This document shows, one piece after another, positions 7,271 to 16,660 of a stretch of 38,844 bases of DNA. Below the pieces are notes generated by a model that saw only the letters and a list, made by a program, of their open reading frames with translations, was not told where the DNA came from and searched no databases. The DNA lies in contig CAZELK010000007.1 of the NCBI GenBank assembly GCA_964513145.1, forward strand, positions 11,960-50,803. The letters run 5' to 3'. Made by a program: the position numbers and the translations under genes. Position 1 is the stretch's first letter. Each line of letters begins with the position of its first letter. The stretch is from Candidatus Woesearchaeota archaeon. GTDB lineage: Archaea; Nanobdellota; Nanobdellia; SCGC-AAA011-G17; JACPIM01.

Positions 7271-8365
7271 AGCTTTTTTTAATATATTTAAAGCGGAATT
7301 ATAATCTCTGTTAATGTTTAATCCACAATCACAATTATGTTCTCTATTAAACAACTCTTTTTTAACTATTTTATTACAATTACTGCATTCCTGGGTTGTT
7401 CCTCTCGGGTCTACTTTTATTACTTTAATACCAGCACTTTCAGCCTTGTACTCAAGCATTTGTATAAATTTAAACCATGAAGCATCTGAAATTGATCTTG
7501 ATAAATATTTATTTTGAATCATATTTTGAATTTGTAAATTTTCTACAGCAATTAAATTGTAATTATTTATATAATATCTGCTTAAATTATGCAGAAAATC
7601 ATTTCTTTGGTTTTCTATTTTCTCATGTAATCTGGCAACTTTTAATCTTTGCTTGTTTCTATTATTGCTTCCCTTTTGTTTTTTGGATAATTTTCTTTGT
7701 TCAATCTTTAATTTTTCCAAAGATTTATTCAGAAATTTATGATTTGGAAAATAATTTTCATCACTATCAGAAATGTAATTTGTTAAACCTAAATCTATTC
7801 CAATTTGTTTGTTAATTTTTTGTTTAATTTCTTTTCTATCTATCTCACAAGATAAACAAGCAAACCATTTATTAGAATAATATTTTTTAATCGTGACTTG
7901 TTTTATTTTACCTTTTGATTCTCTATGTGTTCTTATTGGAATTTCTCCTATTTTAGACAAATGCAGCTTATTTAATCTTTTATTAACTTTAATTAATTTA
8001 AAACCAGACTGATTATATGTAATTGACTTAAAGCTATTTTTAGATTTAAATCTTAATCTCCCTGTTTTCTTTCCATTTTTCTTTAATTTTGATAAGGCAC
8101 TTAAATTACTGAATAATCTGTAAGATTCATATTGTAATGTCTTGGAATAAGCCTTGTTTAATTCTTGATAACATATTTTTAGATCAGGGATTATTCCTTG
8201 TATTTGGGATTTATCTATTTCTTTTTGATTATTTAATTCCTGCAATAAGGTATTATAAGTAAATCTGCACAAGTCTATGTGCTCTAATAATATATTCTCC
8301 TGGGTTTTACTGGGATATATTCTGAATTTGAAAGTTCTTTGTATTTTATTCTCTTTTCTCTTCAT
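7169..8365 (-). CDS. tnpB: TnpB RNA-guided nuclease with canonical D-E-D triad
   Basis: N-terminal TFKFRIYP, IGIDLG, IAVENL, CSNC/CDCG zinc finger, RDYNSALN. Confidence 0.95.
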   Translation of the reverse strand: MKRKENKIQRTFKFRIYPSKTQENILLEHIDLCRFTYNTLLQELNNQKEIDKSQIQGIIPDLKICYQELNKAYSKTLQYESYRLFSNLSALSKLKKNGKKTGRLRFKSKNSFKSITYNQSGFKLIKVNKRLNKLHLSKIGEIPIRTHRESKGKIKQVTIKKYYSNKWFACLSCEIDRKEIKQKINKQIGIDLGLTNYISDSDENYFPNHKFLNKSLEKLKIEQRKLSKKQKGSNNRNKQRLKVARLHEKIENQRNDFLHNLSRYYINNYNLIAVENLQIQNMIQNKYLSRSISDASWFKFIQMLEYKAESAGIKVIKVDPRGTTQECSNCNKIVKKELFNREHNCDCGLNINRDYNSALNILKKATVGRTGSNAWGKPFYEKALGKNKTYSDSMNQEP

Positions 8366-8388
8366 AAATTATTAATAAAATAAATTAG

Positions 8389-8434
8389 TATATAAGCCCT
8401 AGGCAGGTCTTTGTCTTGACCAGTAGTTTTTGTC
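8389..8434 (-). repeat. Shared promoter-proximal element, copy 2, with TATA box, upstream of tnpB
   Basis: GACAAAAACTACTGGTCAAGACAAAGACCTGCCT, then CTTATATA 23 nt before the ATG. Confidence 0.85.
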
Positions 8435-8514
8435 TCATACTAATTTATAAAGAGATAAAAAGTTTACAGAAAAACTGTAAATATTATTTTGTATTTTACC
8501 CAACCATAGCAAAG

Positions 8515-8691
8515 CTATGAGGATTTCTCAGGAATTAAACTGGAAGTAACTAAATAGGAAAATAAAAAACCCAAGAAAGCTTCAATAATAGCAAAAATCA
8601 AAAAGGCATTCTTTTTACCTAGGAAAGCCAAAATACTAATATTTGCTAAATTCAATATTATTAAAACCAGTAGTATAATCCATAAAATCAT
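8515..8691 (-). CDS. Small two-TM membrane protein (58 aa, below the track cutoff)
   Basis: Manual translation MILWIILLVLIILNLANISILAFLGKKNAFLIFAIIEAFLGFLFSYLVTSSLIPEKSS. Confidence 0.5.
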   Translation of the reverse strand: MILWIILLVLIILNLANISILAFLGKKNAFLIFAIIEAFLGFLFSYLVTSSLIPEKSS

Positions 8692-8842
8692 TTTAGTAAT
8701 ACCTTCTCTAATATAGCTGAAACAACAGAAATTATTCCCAGGACAATTGAGCCAACCCAGATAAGATTTGGATTATTAAATACAAAACCCAAACCCCTAA
8801 TATTACAAAACCTTTTTAAATTTTATTAATACAGGTTATTTA

Positions 8843-9376
8843 ATGGATGAATTAAAAGACCAAAAATGTCCTATATGCCTGAAAAATACAGCTACATTAA
8901 GGGAAGAAGAAACTGAAGTCCCTTATTTTGGCAAATTATTTGTTCTTTCTATGAAATGCGATAATAATGAATGCAACTATTCAATGTCAGATATTGAATG
9001 TGAAGAAGAAAAAGAACCTGCAAGATATACAATTGAAGTTAATTCTGAAAAAGACATGAATATCAGGGTTGTAAAATCATCTACTGGAGTTGTAAAAATA
9101 CCACAATTAAAAGTTGATATTGAACCTGGCGTAGCTTCTACAGGTTATGTTACAAATATAGAAGGACTATTAGACAGGGTTAAAAAAATAATTGAGGATG
9201 AAAGAGATACTACTGAAGATGATGATATAAAAGACAATGCGAAAAAACTTCTGAAAAAAATCTGGAAAATAAAACTTGGTGATATGCCATTGAAGATAAT
9301 TATAGAAGATGAAACTGGCAACTCAGCTATTATTTCTGACAAAGCTAAAATTGAAAAATTAAAAGTAAAAAAATGA
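8843..9376 (+). CDS. ZPR1 zinc-finger domain protein
   Basis: CPIC...VPYFG...CDNNEC, TNIEGLL, IEDETGNSAI. Confidence 0.93.
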   Translation: MDELKDQKCPICLKNTATLREEETEVPYFGKLFVLSMKCDNNECNYSMSDIECEEEKEPARYTIEVNSEKDMNIRVVKSSTGVVKIPQLKVDIEPGVASTGYVTNIEGLLDRVKKIIEDERDTTEDDDIKDNAKKLLKKIWKIKLGDMPLKIIIEDETGNSAIISDKAKIEKLKVKK

Positions 9377-10041
9377 AAACACTTTTTATTCATGCAAAAA
9401 GCAACGCAGACATTAAACCAGTATTAAAAAAGATCAGATTTAATGGTGTGGTTGGAGTAATTACTACAATACAGTTTCTTGAACAAGTAAACTTTTTTAT
9501 AAAAAGTTTAATCAAAAAAGAGCAAGAAAAATATATTTTTGGCGGACAGGTTTTGGGGTGTAATGTAAATAATGCCTTAAGAATTAATGATGAAGTTGAT
9601 GCTTTTTTATTCATAGGTTCAGGAGATTTTCACCCTATTGGGGCTTTACATAAATTAGGAAAACCAGTTTATATTGCAAATCCCAATACTAATGAATTTA
9701 AATTGCTTGATACAAAAGAGTTTCAAAAATATGAAAAAAGAAAGAAAGCAATGATTTCTAAATTTTTGATGGCTAAGAAAGTCGGGATTTTAGTTTCTAT
9801 TAAACCTGGACAATTTCACCCAAGAGTTTATGCTGGATTAAAAGAAAAAATAAATTTTGCTAACAAGATTAAAAATAAAATTAAAGACAAGGAGAGTTTT
9901 ATCTTTATAGGGGATAACTTTGATTTAAATGAACTGGAAAATTTTAGAGACATTAATGTTTGGATTAATACTGCATGTCCTAGAATTGAAGGAAAGGATT
10001 TATTAAATGCAGAAGAGGTATTAAAAATTTATGAAAAATGA
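9373..10041 (+). CDS. dph2: Short Dph2-family diphthamide synthesis protein
   Basis: GQVLGC, GSGDFH, INTACPRI. Confidence 0.85.
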   Translation: MKTLFIHAKSNADIKPVLKKIRFNGVVGVITTIQFLEQVNFFIKSLIKKEQEKYIFGGQVLGCNVNNALRINDEVDAFLFIGSGDFHPIGALHKLGKPVYIANPNTNEFKLLDTKEFQKYEKRKKAMISKFLMAKKVGILVSIKPGQFHPRVYAGLKEKINFANKIKNKIKDKESFIFIGDNFDLNELENFRDINVWINTACPRIEGKDLLNAEEVLKIYEK

Positions 10042-11533
10042 GAATTTCTTAAAAGAATTAAATGCTTTTATGCAAAGCAAGGGATTTATTTACGGACCTT
10101 TTCCCGAAATTTACAATAATGGTGTAGCTGGATTTTATGCTTATGGACCCTTAGGCAAATTACTAAAAAATAAAGTCGAAGATTCTGTCAGAAGAATGTA
10201 TTTTAGCAATGGCTTTAGAGAATTAGAATGCCCGACTGTTGTACCCGACATTGTTTGGGAGGCTTCGGGACATTTAAAAACCTTCAAAGATAAAATTGTT
10301 GAGTGTGAAAAATGCAAATCTATTTTTAGAGCTGACAAGTTAATTGAAGAATTTACTAATAAAGAAATAGCCGGATTAAATGATAAAGAGATAATAAAAG
10401 AAATTAAAAAAATAAAATGTCCAAACTGCAATAATAATTTGAAAGAAGAAATAAAAGATTACAGTCTGATGATGAAAACAGAAGTTGCAGGAAAATCTTT
10501 CTCATTAAGACCTGAAACTGCCACTGTTACTTATTTGCCATTTAAAAGATTAAACGAATATTTTAGAAAATTGCCTTTTACAGTATTCCAGATTGGAAAA
10601 GCATATAGAAATGAGATAAGTCCAAGACAACATTTATTGAGATGTAGAGAGTTTACACAGGCAGAAGCACAATTATTTATTGACCCGAAGGAGAAAAATA
10701 ATTGGGAAAAATATGGACTTATTAAAAATGAGAAATTACCTTTATACACAAGCCATCAGCAAGAAAAAAATTTGAAGTTAGAAGATATTTCTTTAGAAGA
10801 TGCAATAAAACATAAGCACATTAAATCGAAAGCCTATGCATGGTGTTTATATCTGGCTTACAAACAATTTGTTTCAATGGGTATTCCTAAAGAAATAATA
10901 AGAATCAGGCAACATTTAGAAAATGAAAGGGCTTTTTATGCTGATGATGCATGGGATATTGAGATTAAATTAAATACTTTTGGTTTTACCGAGATGTGTG
11001 GTGTCCATGACAGAACAGATTACGACTTAAAAAAACATTCTGAATTTTCGAAACAAGTTTTGGAAGCAACTCGGGAAGATGGGAGTAAATTCGTTCCACA
11101 TATTTTAGAGATTGCTTTTGGTACAGATAGACCTGTTTTTGCCTTAATGGACAGCTTTTATGAAAAAAAAGATGAAAAAGATGGCAAAAGCATCTTCAAA
11201 TCGCCTTATCATATGGCTCCAATTGATGTGGCTGTTTTTCCTTTAATGAAAAAAGATAATTTACCTGAATTTGCTGAAAAAGTGAAAAAGATGCTTGAAA
11301 AAGAATTTATTGTTGATTATGACGAGTCTGGGAGCATAGGTAAAAGATATTTAAGGGCTGCTGAATCTGGAACACCGTATTGCGTTACTATTGATCATGA
11401 CAGCCTGAAGAATGATGACTGCACAATTAGAGACAGAGATACAGAGAAACAAGTAAGAGTTAAAATAAAAGAATTAAAAAATATTCTTAAAGAATTAATT
11501 AATAATGAAATAAAATTTAAAGAACTTAAGTAA
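10031..11533 (+). CDS. glyS: Glycyl-tRNA synthetase, alpha2 type
   Basis: LRPETA, FRNE-like YRNEISPRQHLLRCREFTQAE, anticodon domain SGSIGKRY. Confidence 0.96.
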   Translation: MKNENFLKELNAFMQSKGFIYGPFPEIYNNGVAGFYAYGPLGKLLKNKVEDSVRRMYFSNGFRELECPTVVPDIVWEASGHLKTFKDKIVECEKCKSIFRADKLIEEFTNKEIAGLNDKEIIKEIKKIKCPNCNNNLKEEIKDYSLMMKTEVAGKSFSLRPETATVTYLPFKRLNEYFRKLPFTVFQIGKAYRNEISPRQHLLRCREFTQAEAQLFIDPKEKNNWEKYGLIKNEKLPLYTSHQQEKNLKLEDISLEDAIKHKHIKSKAYAWCLYLAYKQFVSMGIPKEIIRIRQHLENERAFYADDAWDIEIKLNTFGFTEMCGVHDRTDYDLKKHSEFSKQVLEATREDGSKFVPHILEIAFGTDRPVFALMDSFYEKKDEKDGKSIFKSPYHMAPIDVAVFPLMKKDNLPEFAEKVKKMLEKEFIVDYDESGSIGKRYLRAAESGTPYCVTIDHDSLKNDDCTIRDRDTEKQVRVKIKELKNILKELINNEIKFKELK

Positions 11534-11712
11534 GTTTTCGACTTAAAAATAACATTCTCGGAGATCTTTCGAATTATTCTAGATAAAATTAATAAAGAAA
11601 TGAATAATTATATCTTTATGGTTCAAATAAAAAATATTGACTTGGTATCTATTTTAATTTTGATAATCATGTTTTTATTAATAATCTGGTTTATAAAAAT
11701 GGTGATGCAATA

Positions 11713-11961
11713 ATGACAAAAATAGGTAAACTAATCTACTGGCTTTTTGTAATATTTCTTATTTACTTAATCATCGAATTAACAAGAAAGATTTTGGGCG
11801 GTAGCTTGGGATTTGAAGAACTAGTAACTACTTTACTCGTGGCAAATATAGGTTATTCTTTTTATATAAATACAGAATTAAATTCTAAGATTTCTGAAAT
11901 TAACTCTAAATTATCAGGGCATATTGGTTGGCATAAAGGTCAAACTAATAATCCTAAATAA
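11713..11961 (+). CDS. Small membrane protein
   Basis: 82 aa, two hydrophobic segments, GGTGAT ribosome-binding site upstream. Confidence 0.6.
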   Translation: MTKIGKLIYWLFVIFLIYLIIELTRKILGGSLGFEELVTTLLVANIGYSFYINTELNSKISEINSKLSGHIGWHKGQTNNPK

Positions 11962-11999
11962 GAAAGATTTAAAATTCTATTTCTGATTGAATTATTTAT

Positions 12000-12073
12000 G
12001 GGCTCGTAGTAGAACTGGTTAATACGCTCCCATGGCATGGGAGAAACTTCGGATTCAAATTCCGACGAGTCCA
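12000..12073 (+). tRNA. tRNA-Ala(GGC), intronless
   Basis: Acceptor GGGCTCG/CGAGTCC with G3:U70, anticodon stem CTCCC/GGGAG, loop ATGGCAT. Confidence 0.93.
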
Positions 12074-12340
12074 TTATAATCAAAGAAAAAAGCTTTACCA
12101 AAAAAAATTAAATAAAGAAAATGGAGTGCGCCCCTAAAATGAGACAAATAGATAAGTATATTTGATACTCAAAATTAGGAGATGTACATGATATTATCAA
12201 GAAGAAAATATTTATGTTAAATGATATTCCAGAAATAAGTTATAAAGAAGATTTTTAGCAATTAATCCAATTATCTTAAATGAGATTTAAATAAAATTAA
12301 GGTACTAAAAACTTATAAATATTAAAATCATATTAAACTT

Positions 12341-12586
12341 ATGGAAAATAAAAGAATAATAATAAACCCTGGAATAATGGCTGGAAAACCTGTTATTAAA
12401 GGGACTAGAATTCCTATAGATACGATAGTTAGACTTTTAGCCCAAGGGATGACTCAAGAAGAGATTCTAGATGATTACCCTAATTTAAAAAAAGAAGATA
12501 TAAAAGCAGCTTTAAAATATGTAGCTGATGTAGTTCAAGGCCAAGACGTCTTCCCAATATTAGAAAAAAAGAAAAATTATGCTTAA
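12341..12586 (+). CDS. DUF433 family antitoxin
   Basis: NPGIMAGKPVIKGTRIP...YPNLKKEDIKAAL. Confidence 0.92.
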   Translation: MENKRIIINPGIMAGKPVIKGTRIPIDTIVRLLAQGMTQEEILDDYPNLKKEDIKAALKYVADVVQGQDVFPILEKKKNYA

Positions 12587-12935
12587 ATTTCTTGTAGATG
12601 AAAGTTCTGGTAAAAAATTATATAATTTTCTTAAATTAAATAATATGGATGTTTTATTTGTTGGGGATTTGTTTCCAGAGTCATTAGACTCTGATATTTT
12701 AGAATTTGCTGAAAAAGAAAAAAGAATTTTGATAACTAATGACAAAGATTTTGGAGAACTTATTTTTAGGCTGGGAAAACCAACTATCGGTGTTATTTCT
12801 CTCAGATTAAAGAAAGATTCTCCAGAAAATAAACAAAAGTATATTTTAAATGTAATAACTAATTTTTATAATAAACTCGAAAATAACTTTTTTATTGTAA
12901 CTGAAGAAAAAATTAGGGTTAGAAGTTTAAAATGA
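12579..12935 (+). CDS. DUF5615 PIN-like toxin
   Basis: FLVDES...DSDILEFAEKEKRILITNDKDFGEL; overlaps the DUF433 gene. Confidence 0.88.
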   Translation: MLKFLVDESSGKKLYNFLKLNNMDVLFVGDLFPESLDSDILEFAEKEKRILITNDKDFGELIFRLGKPTIGVISLRLKKDSPENKQKYILNVITNFYNKLENNFFIVTEEKIRVRSLK

Positions 12936-13330
12936 ATGACTGTATTTTTTGCAAAATTGTGAATAAAGAAATTCCTTGCTATAAAATATATGAAGACAAG
13001 GATTTTTTAGCTTTTTTAGACATTAAACCTTTAAACCCAGGTCACACTTTAATTATTCCTAAAAAACATTGTAGATGGGTTTGGGATGTTGATAAGTTTG
13101 GAAATTATTTTGAATTTACAAAAAAAGTTGAAATAGCAATAGAAAAAACACTAAAACCTGAAAGAGTTGTTATTGGTGTTGCTGGCGAGGAAGTTCATCA
13201 TGCTCACGTACATTTAGTACCAAGATTTAAGAATGATGGTCATGGGGGATTTATTATAACTAATAACTTTAAAGAAATTTCTAAAGATGAAATGAATAAA
13301 ATTTCTGAAGAAATTAGAAAAAATATTTAG
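12932..13330 (+). CDS. HIT family hydrolase
   Basis: DCIFCKI, GHTLIIPKKH, HxHxH motif HAHVHL. Confidence 0.95.
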   Translation: MNDCIFCKIVNKEIPCYKIYEDKDFLAFLDIKPLNPGHTLIIPKKHCRWVWDVDKFGNYFEFTKKVEIAIEKTLKPERVVIGVAGEEVHHAHVHLVPRFKNDGHGGFIITNNFKEISKDEMNKISEEIRKNI

Positions 13331-13443
13331 ATTAAGCTTTATATAATCTTATTTATATTAAATTCTTATTCCATAAAATAAGATATACTAAAAGTAAAAT
13401 TAAAAAAACTATTAATATTATATCCAATAAGTTTTTCGTTTTT

Positions 13444-13668
13444 TTATTCATTTTGAACCCAATTTATTGTTTTGTAAATTATTATTGATAATATAATTAT
13501 AATTGCTAATATTATAAATGTTGCTCCTTCAAAACCAAAAATCCCCTTTCTTGATTGCACAAATTCTGTGAATGCCAATATCAAACCAACAAAACTAATA
13601 AAAGCAATTACTAAAGTTGAAATTGAGTTTATAAAATTTAATTTCAAATTTTTTAATTCGTCTTGCAT
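13444..13668 (-). CDS. Small two-TM membrane protein
   Basis: 74 aa, two hydrophobic helices. Confidence 0.55.
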   Translation of the reverse strand: MQDELKNLKLNFINSISTLVIAFISFVGLILAFTEFVQSRKGIFGFEGATFIILAIIIILSIIIYKTINWVQNE

Positions 13669-13847
13669 AATTTAAAAATTAGGTATTTATTATTTAATAT
13701 TTCATTTTAACTATGTAGTAGATCGTAGTATTTTTTGAGAGATTTTCGAGTTTTAGAAAAATATTACGAGAATTGTGAAAAATTTACAACATTAAGTTTA
13801 ACTATAGAAAGTCTTTTATAATATTGATTTGAGAAATTAATGATTAT

Positions 13848-13969
13848 GTCGCCGTAGTTCAGCCTGGCTAGAACACAGACTTTAGGTGTAACTCTCATAT
13901 CCACTTTAGTGAGCTAGGCTGTTGTCGCCAGAGGTTTTTAACCGGCGAATTCAAATCTGGCCGGCGACA
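13848..13969 (+). tRNA. tRNA(CAU), probably elongator Met, with three introns (29/30, 37/38, 53/54)
   Basis: Acceptor GTCGCCG/CGGCGAC; introns 13879-13891, 13900-13915 and 13932-13949 with central helices ACAC/GTGT, CTCA/TGAG and CGCC/GGCG; anticodon CAT 13896-13898. Confidence 0.88.
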
Positions 13970-14004
13970 TTAACCTTAAAAACCCTTTAATTCTAGTTTA
14001 AAGC

Positions 14005-15354
14005 ATGGTTTTAGAGAAATTAAGCAGCTCTTTGAAAGATACATTGAAAAAAGTAGCCAGGGCTATTTTTGTAGATGATAAATTAGTTGATGAATTAATT
14101 AAAGATTTGCAAAGGGCTTTGCTTTCTGCTGATGTAAATGTAAAATTAGTTTTCGATTTAAGCAAGAGAATTAAAGAAAGAATTTTAGATGAAAAAACTC
14201 CTGGAACAATAAGCAAAAAAGAACATTTAATCAATATTGTTTATGAAGAACTAGTTAAATTTTTGGGTGAGAATAAAAGTGAAATTAAATTTCTTAAAAA
14301 ACCTACAAAAATAATGATGATAGGTTTGTTAGGTATGGGAAAAACAACAAATTCCGGAAAATTGGCTAAATATTTTAAAACAAGAGGGAAGAAAGTTGCA
14401 TTAATACAATTGGATGTTTATAGGCCTTCAAGTTTAGAACAACTCCAAGTTCTAGGAAATAGTATTGGTATAGATGTTTATGGTGATGAAAAAGAAAAAA
14501 AGCCATTAAATATTTATAAAAAATTTGAAAATAATTTTAATAAATATGATTTAATTATTGTTGATACTGCTGGAAGACATGCTCTTGATAAAGAATTAAT
14601 AAAAGAAATTGAAGAATTAAATTCTTATATAAAACCAGATGAAAGAATTTTAGTTATTGGCGCTGATATTGGACAAGGAAGCAAGGAACAGGCTGAGCAG
14701 TTTCATAAAAGCTGCAATATAACTGGAATTATAATAACTAAAATGGATGGGACTGCAAAAGGCGGTGGTGCTTTAAGCGGGGCAGCGATTTCCAATGCGC
14801 CAATTAAATTTGTATCTGTGGGGGAAAAAATTGATGATTTGGAAGAATTTAATCCCAAAGGTTTTGTTGGAAGACTATTGGGAATGGGTGATTTAGAAAG
14901 CTTACTTGAAAAAGCACAGCATGCTATTGATGAAGATCAAACAACAAAATTAACCAAAAATTTAATTGAAGGAAACTTTAATTTGGTTGATTTATATGAA
15001 CAAATGAACTCCATGAGAAAATTAGGGCCTTTAAGTAAGGTATTGGATATGATTCCCGGAATAGGTAATTTAGGAATTCCAAAAGACATGCTTGATACAC
15101 AGGAAGGCAAAATAGAAAAATGGAAATTTATTTTAAACTCTATGACAAAAAAAGAATTAGAAGATCCAGATATAATAGATACAAAAAGGATTGATAGAAT
15201 AGCTAAAGGTTCTGGCTGCAGTGCTAATGAAATCAAGGATTTAATAAAACAATATAACCAAAGCAAGAAAGTCATGAAACTAATGAAGGGAACTTCTGAT
15301 CCAAATAAATTAATGAAAAAATTTAAAGGAAAATTGCCTGGATTTATGAAATGA
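14005..15354 (+). CDS. srp54: Signal recognition particle protein SRP54
   Basis: GMGKTT, DTAGRH, TKMDGTAKGGGALS, Met-rich M domain. Confidence 0.97.
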   Translation: MVLEKLSSSLKDTLKKVARAIFVDDKLVDELIKDLQRALLSADVNVKLVFDLSKRIKERILDEKTPGTISKKEHLINIVYEELVKFLGENKSEIKFLKKPTKIMMIGLLGMGKTTNSGKLAKYFKTRGKKVALIQLDVYRPSSLEQLQVLGNSIGIDVYGDEKEKKPLNIYKKFENNFNKYDLIIVDTAGRHALDKELIKEIEELNSYIKPDERILVIGADIGQGSKEQAEQFHKSCNITGIIITKMDGTAKGGGALSGAAISNAPIKFVSVGEKIDDLEEFNPKGFVGRLLGMGDLESLLEKAQHAIDEDQTTKLTKNLIEGNFNLVDLYEQMNSMRKLGPLSKVLDMIPGIGNLGIPKDMLDTQEGKIEKWKFILNSMTKKELEDPDIIDTKRIDRIAKGSGCSANEIKDLIKQYNQSKKVMKLMKGTSDPNKLMKKFKGKLPGFMK

Positions 15355-16001
15355 GAACAAAACTAGCTGTTTTTGACATGGATGGGGTTATATTTTATCA
15401 TCATAATTTTTGGATGGAACTACATAAGGCTTTAGGAACTTTAGAAGAAGGAATTGAGCTTACTAAATTATATGTAAAAGATGATTACCCCAGATTAGTT
15501 AAGGAAGTTATAGGCAGAGTTTGGGCAAATAAACCAGCCAAGCCTTATTTTGATTTAATAAAACAACATAAATATGTAATTGGCGCAGAAAAAACTTTTA
15601 AAGAGCTAAAAGAAAAAAATATTCAAACTATGATTGTTACTTCCGGACCTTATGACCTCGCTTTAAGAGCAAAAAAAGAATTAGATGTTGACTATATTTT
15701 TGCAAATAAATTATTAATTAAAGATGGATTTATTGCAGGAACAACAGACATGGGCTTATGGCCAATAAAAAATGACAACAAAGTTGAACCTTTAGAAGAA
15801 ATTAAATATAAATTAAAAATTGATTATTCAAATATAACTGCAGTTATTCATGATAAAAATGACATAAAATTAGCACAGCATGTAAAAAACAATGGTGGGA
15901 AAGTAATTGGTTTTATGTTTGAGCCTCATCCAGAAGTAGAAGAACACTGCACAAATATTATTAGGTCGAATGATTTAACTGATATATTAAAATATTTTTA
16001 A
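15351..16001 (+). CDS. HAD-superfamily phosphatase (SerB-like)
   Basis: Motif I FDMDGV, motif II VTSG. Confidence 0.8.
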   Translation: MRTKLAVFDMDGVIFYHHNFWMELHKALGTLEEGIELTKLYVKDDYPRLVKEVIGRVWANKPAKPYFDLIKQHKYVIGAEKTFKELKEKNIQTMIVTSGPYDLALRAKKELDVDYIFANKLLIKDGFIAGTTDMGLWPIKNDNKVEPLEEIKYKLKIDYSNITAVIHDKNDIKLAQHVKNNGGKVIGFMFEPHPEVEEHCTNIIRSNDLTDILKYF

Positions 16002-16002
16002 A

Positions 16003-16626
16003 ATGAAAAAAGAAATTTCTAGGGGTGCTGAAGCTGTAATTTATTTAGAAAATAATAACATTATAAAAGAAAGAATAAAAAAATCATATAGATATTCTGA
16101 ATTAGATATTAAATTACGAAAATTTAGGACAAAAAGAGAATTAAATTTGCTAAAAAAAAGTTCTGGAATAATTAATGTACCCAAAGTTATTGGAAACAGT
16201 GAAACTGAGATTTTTATGGAATATATCAAAGGAGAGAAATTAAGCAATATTGTTGACAAGATGAGTTCTAAATATTTAGATAAATATTTTCTAATTATGG
16301 GAGAATATTTAGGAAAATTACATAATAAAGACATAATTCATAATGATTTAACTACAGCCAATATAATCTTATCTAAAAATGAAATTTATTTTATTGATTT
16401 TGGTCTAGGTTTTATATCTAATAAGGTTGAAGATAAGGCCTATGATTTACACATCTTAAGACAAACCTTAAAATCAAGACATTTTAATAAGTTTGAAATG
16501 GCTTTTTTGAAATTTATGAATGGTTATAAAAGTATTAGTATCAATTTTGAACAGATAGAAGAGAGATTAAAGAAGATAGAAATAAGAGGAAGATATAAAA
16601 GGAAAAAGTTAAAGGAAGATTTATAA
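16003..16626 (+). CDS. bud32: KEOPS kinase Bud32
   Basis: RGAEA, HNDLTTAN, IDFGL, VEDKAYDL, RGRY C-terminus. Confidence 0.94.
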   Translation: MKKEISRGAEAVIYLENNNIIKERIKKSYRYSELDIKLRKFRTKRELNLLKKSSGIINVPKVIGNSETEIFMEYIKGEKLSNIVDKMSSKYLDKYFLIMGEYLGKLHNKDIIHNDLTTANIILSKNEIYFIDFGLGFISNKVEDKAYDLHILRQTLKSRHFNKFEMAFLKFMNGYKSISINFEQIEERLKKIEIRGRYKRKKLKEDL

Positions 16627-16660
16627 TAAACTTTTATAAAAGTTTAATCAATAAAATAAT

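Larger units (their letters stand above)
7061..8475 (-). mobile_element. IS200/IS605-family tnpB-only (IS1341-type) element; left boundary uncertain
   Basis: Right end ...GTGGCTGTGACTGGGAGCTTCAC terminating at 7061; GCCAC/GTGGC subterminal stem; intact tnpB; no tnpA. Confidence 0.75.

Noticed and set aside
8463-8481. Hairpin TTTACAG-AAAAA-CTGTAAA as the definitive left end of the second tnpB element
   Set aside because: It could equally be the terminator of the upstream small ORF. The boundary cannot be fixed without an empty allele.
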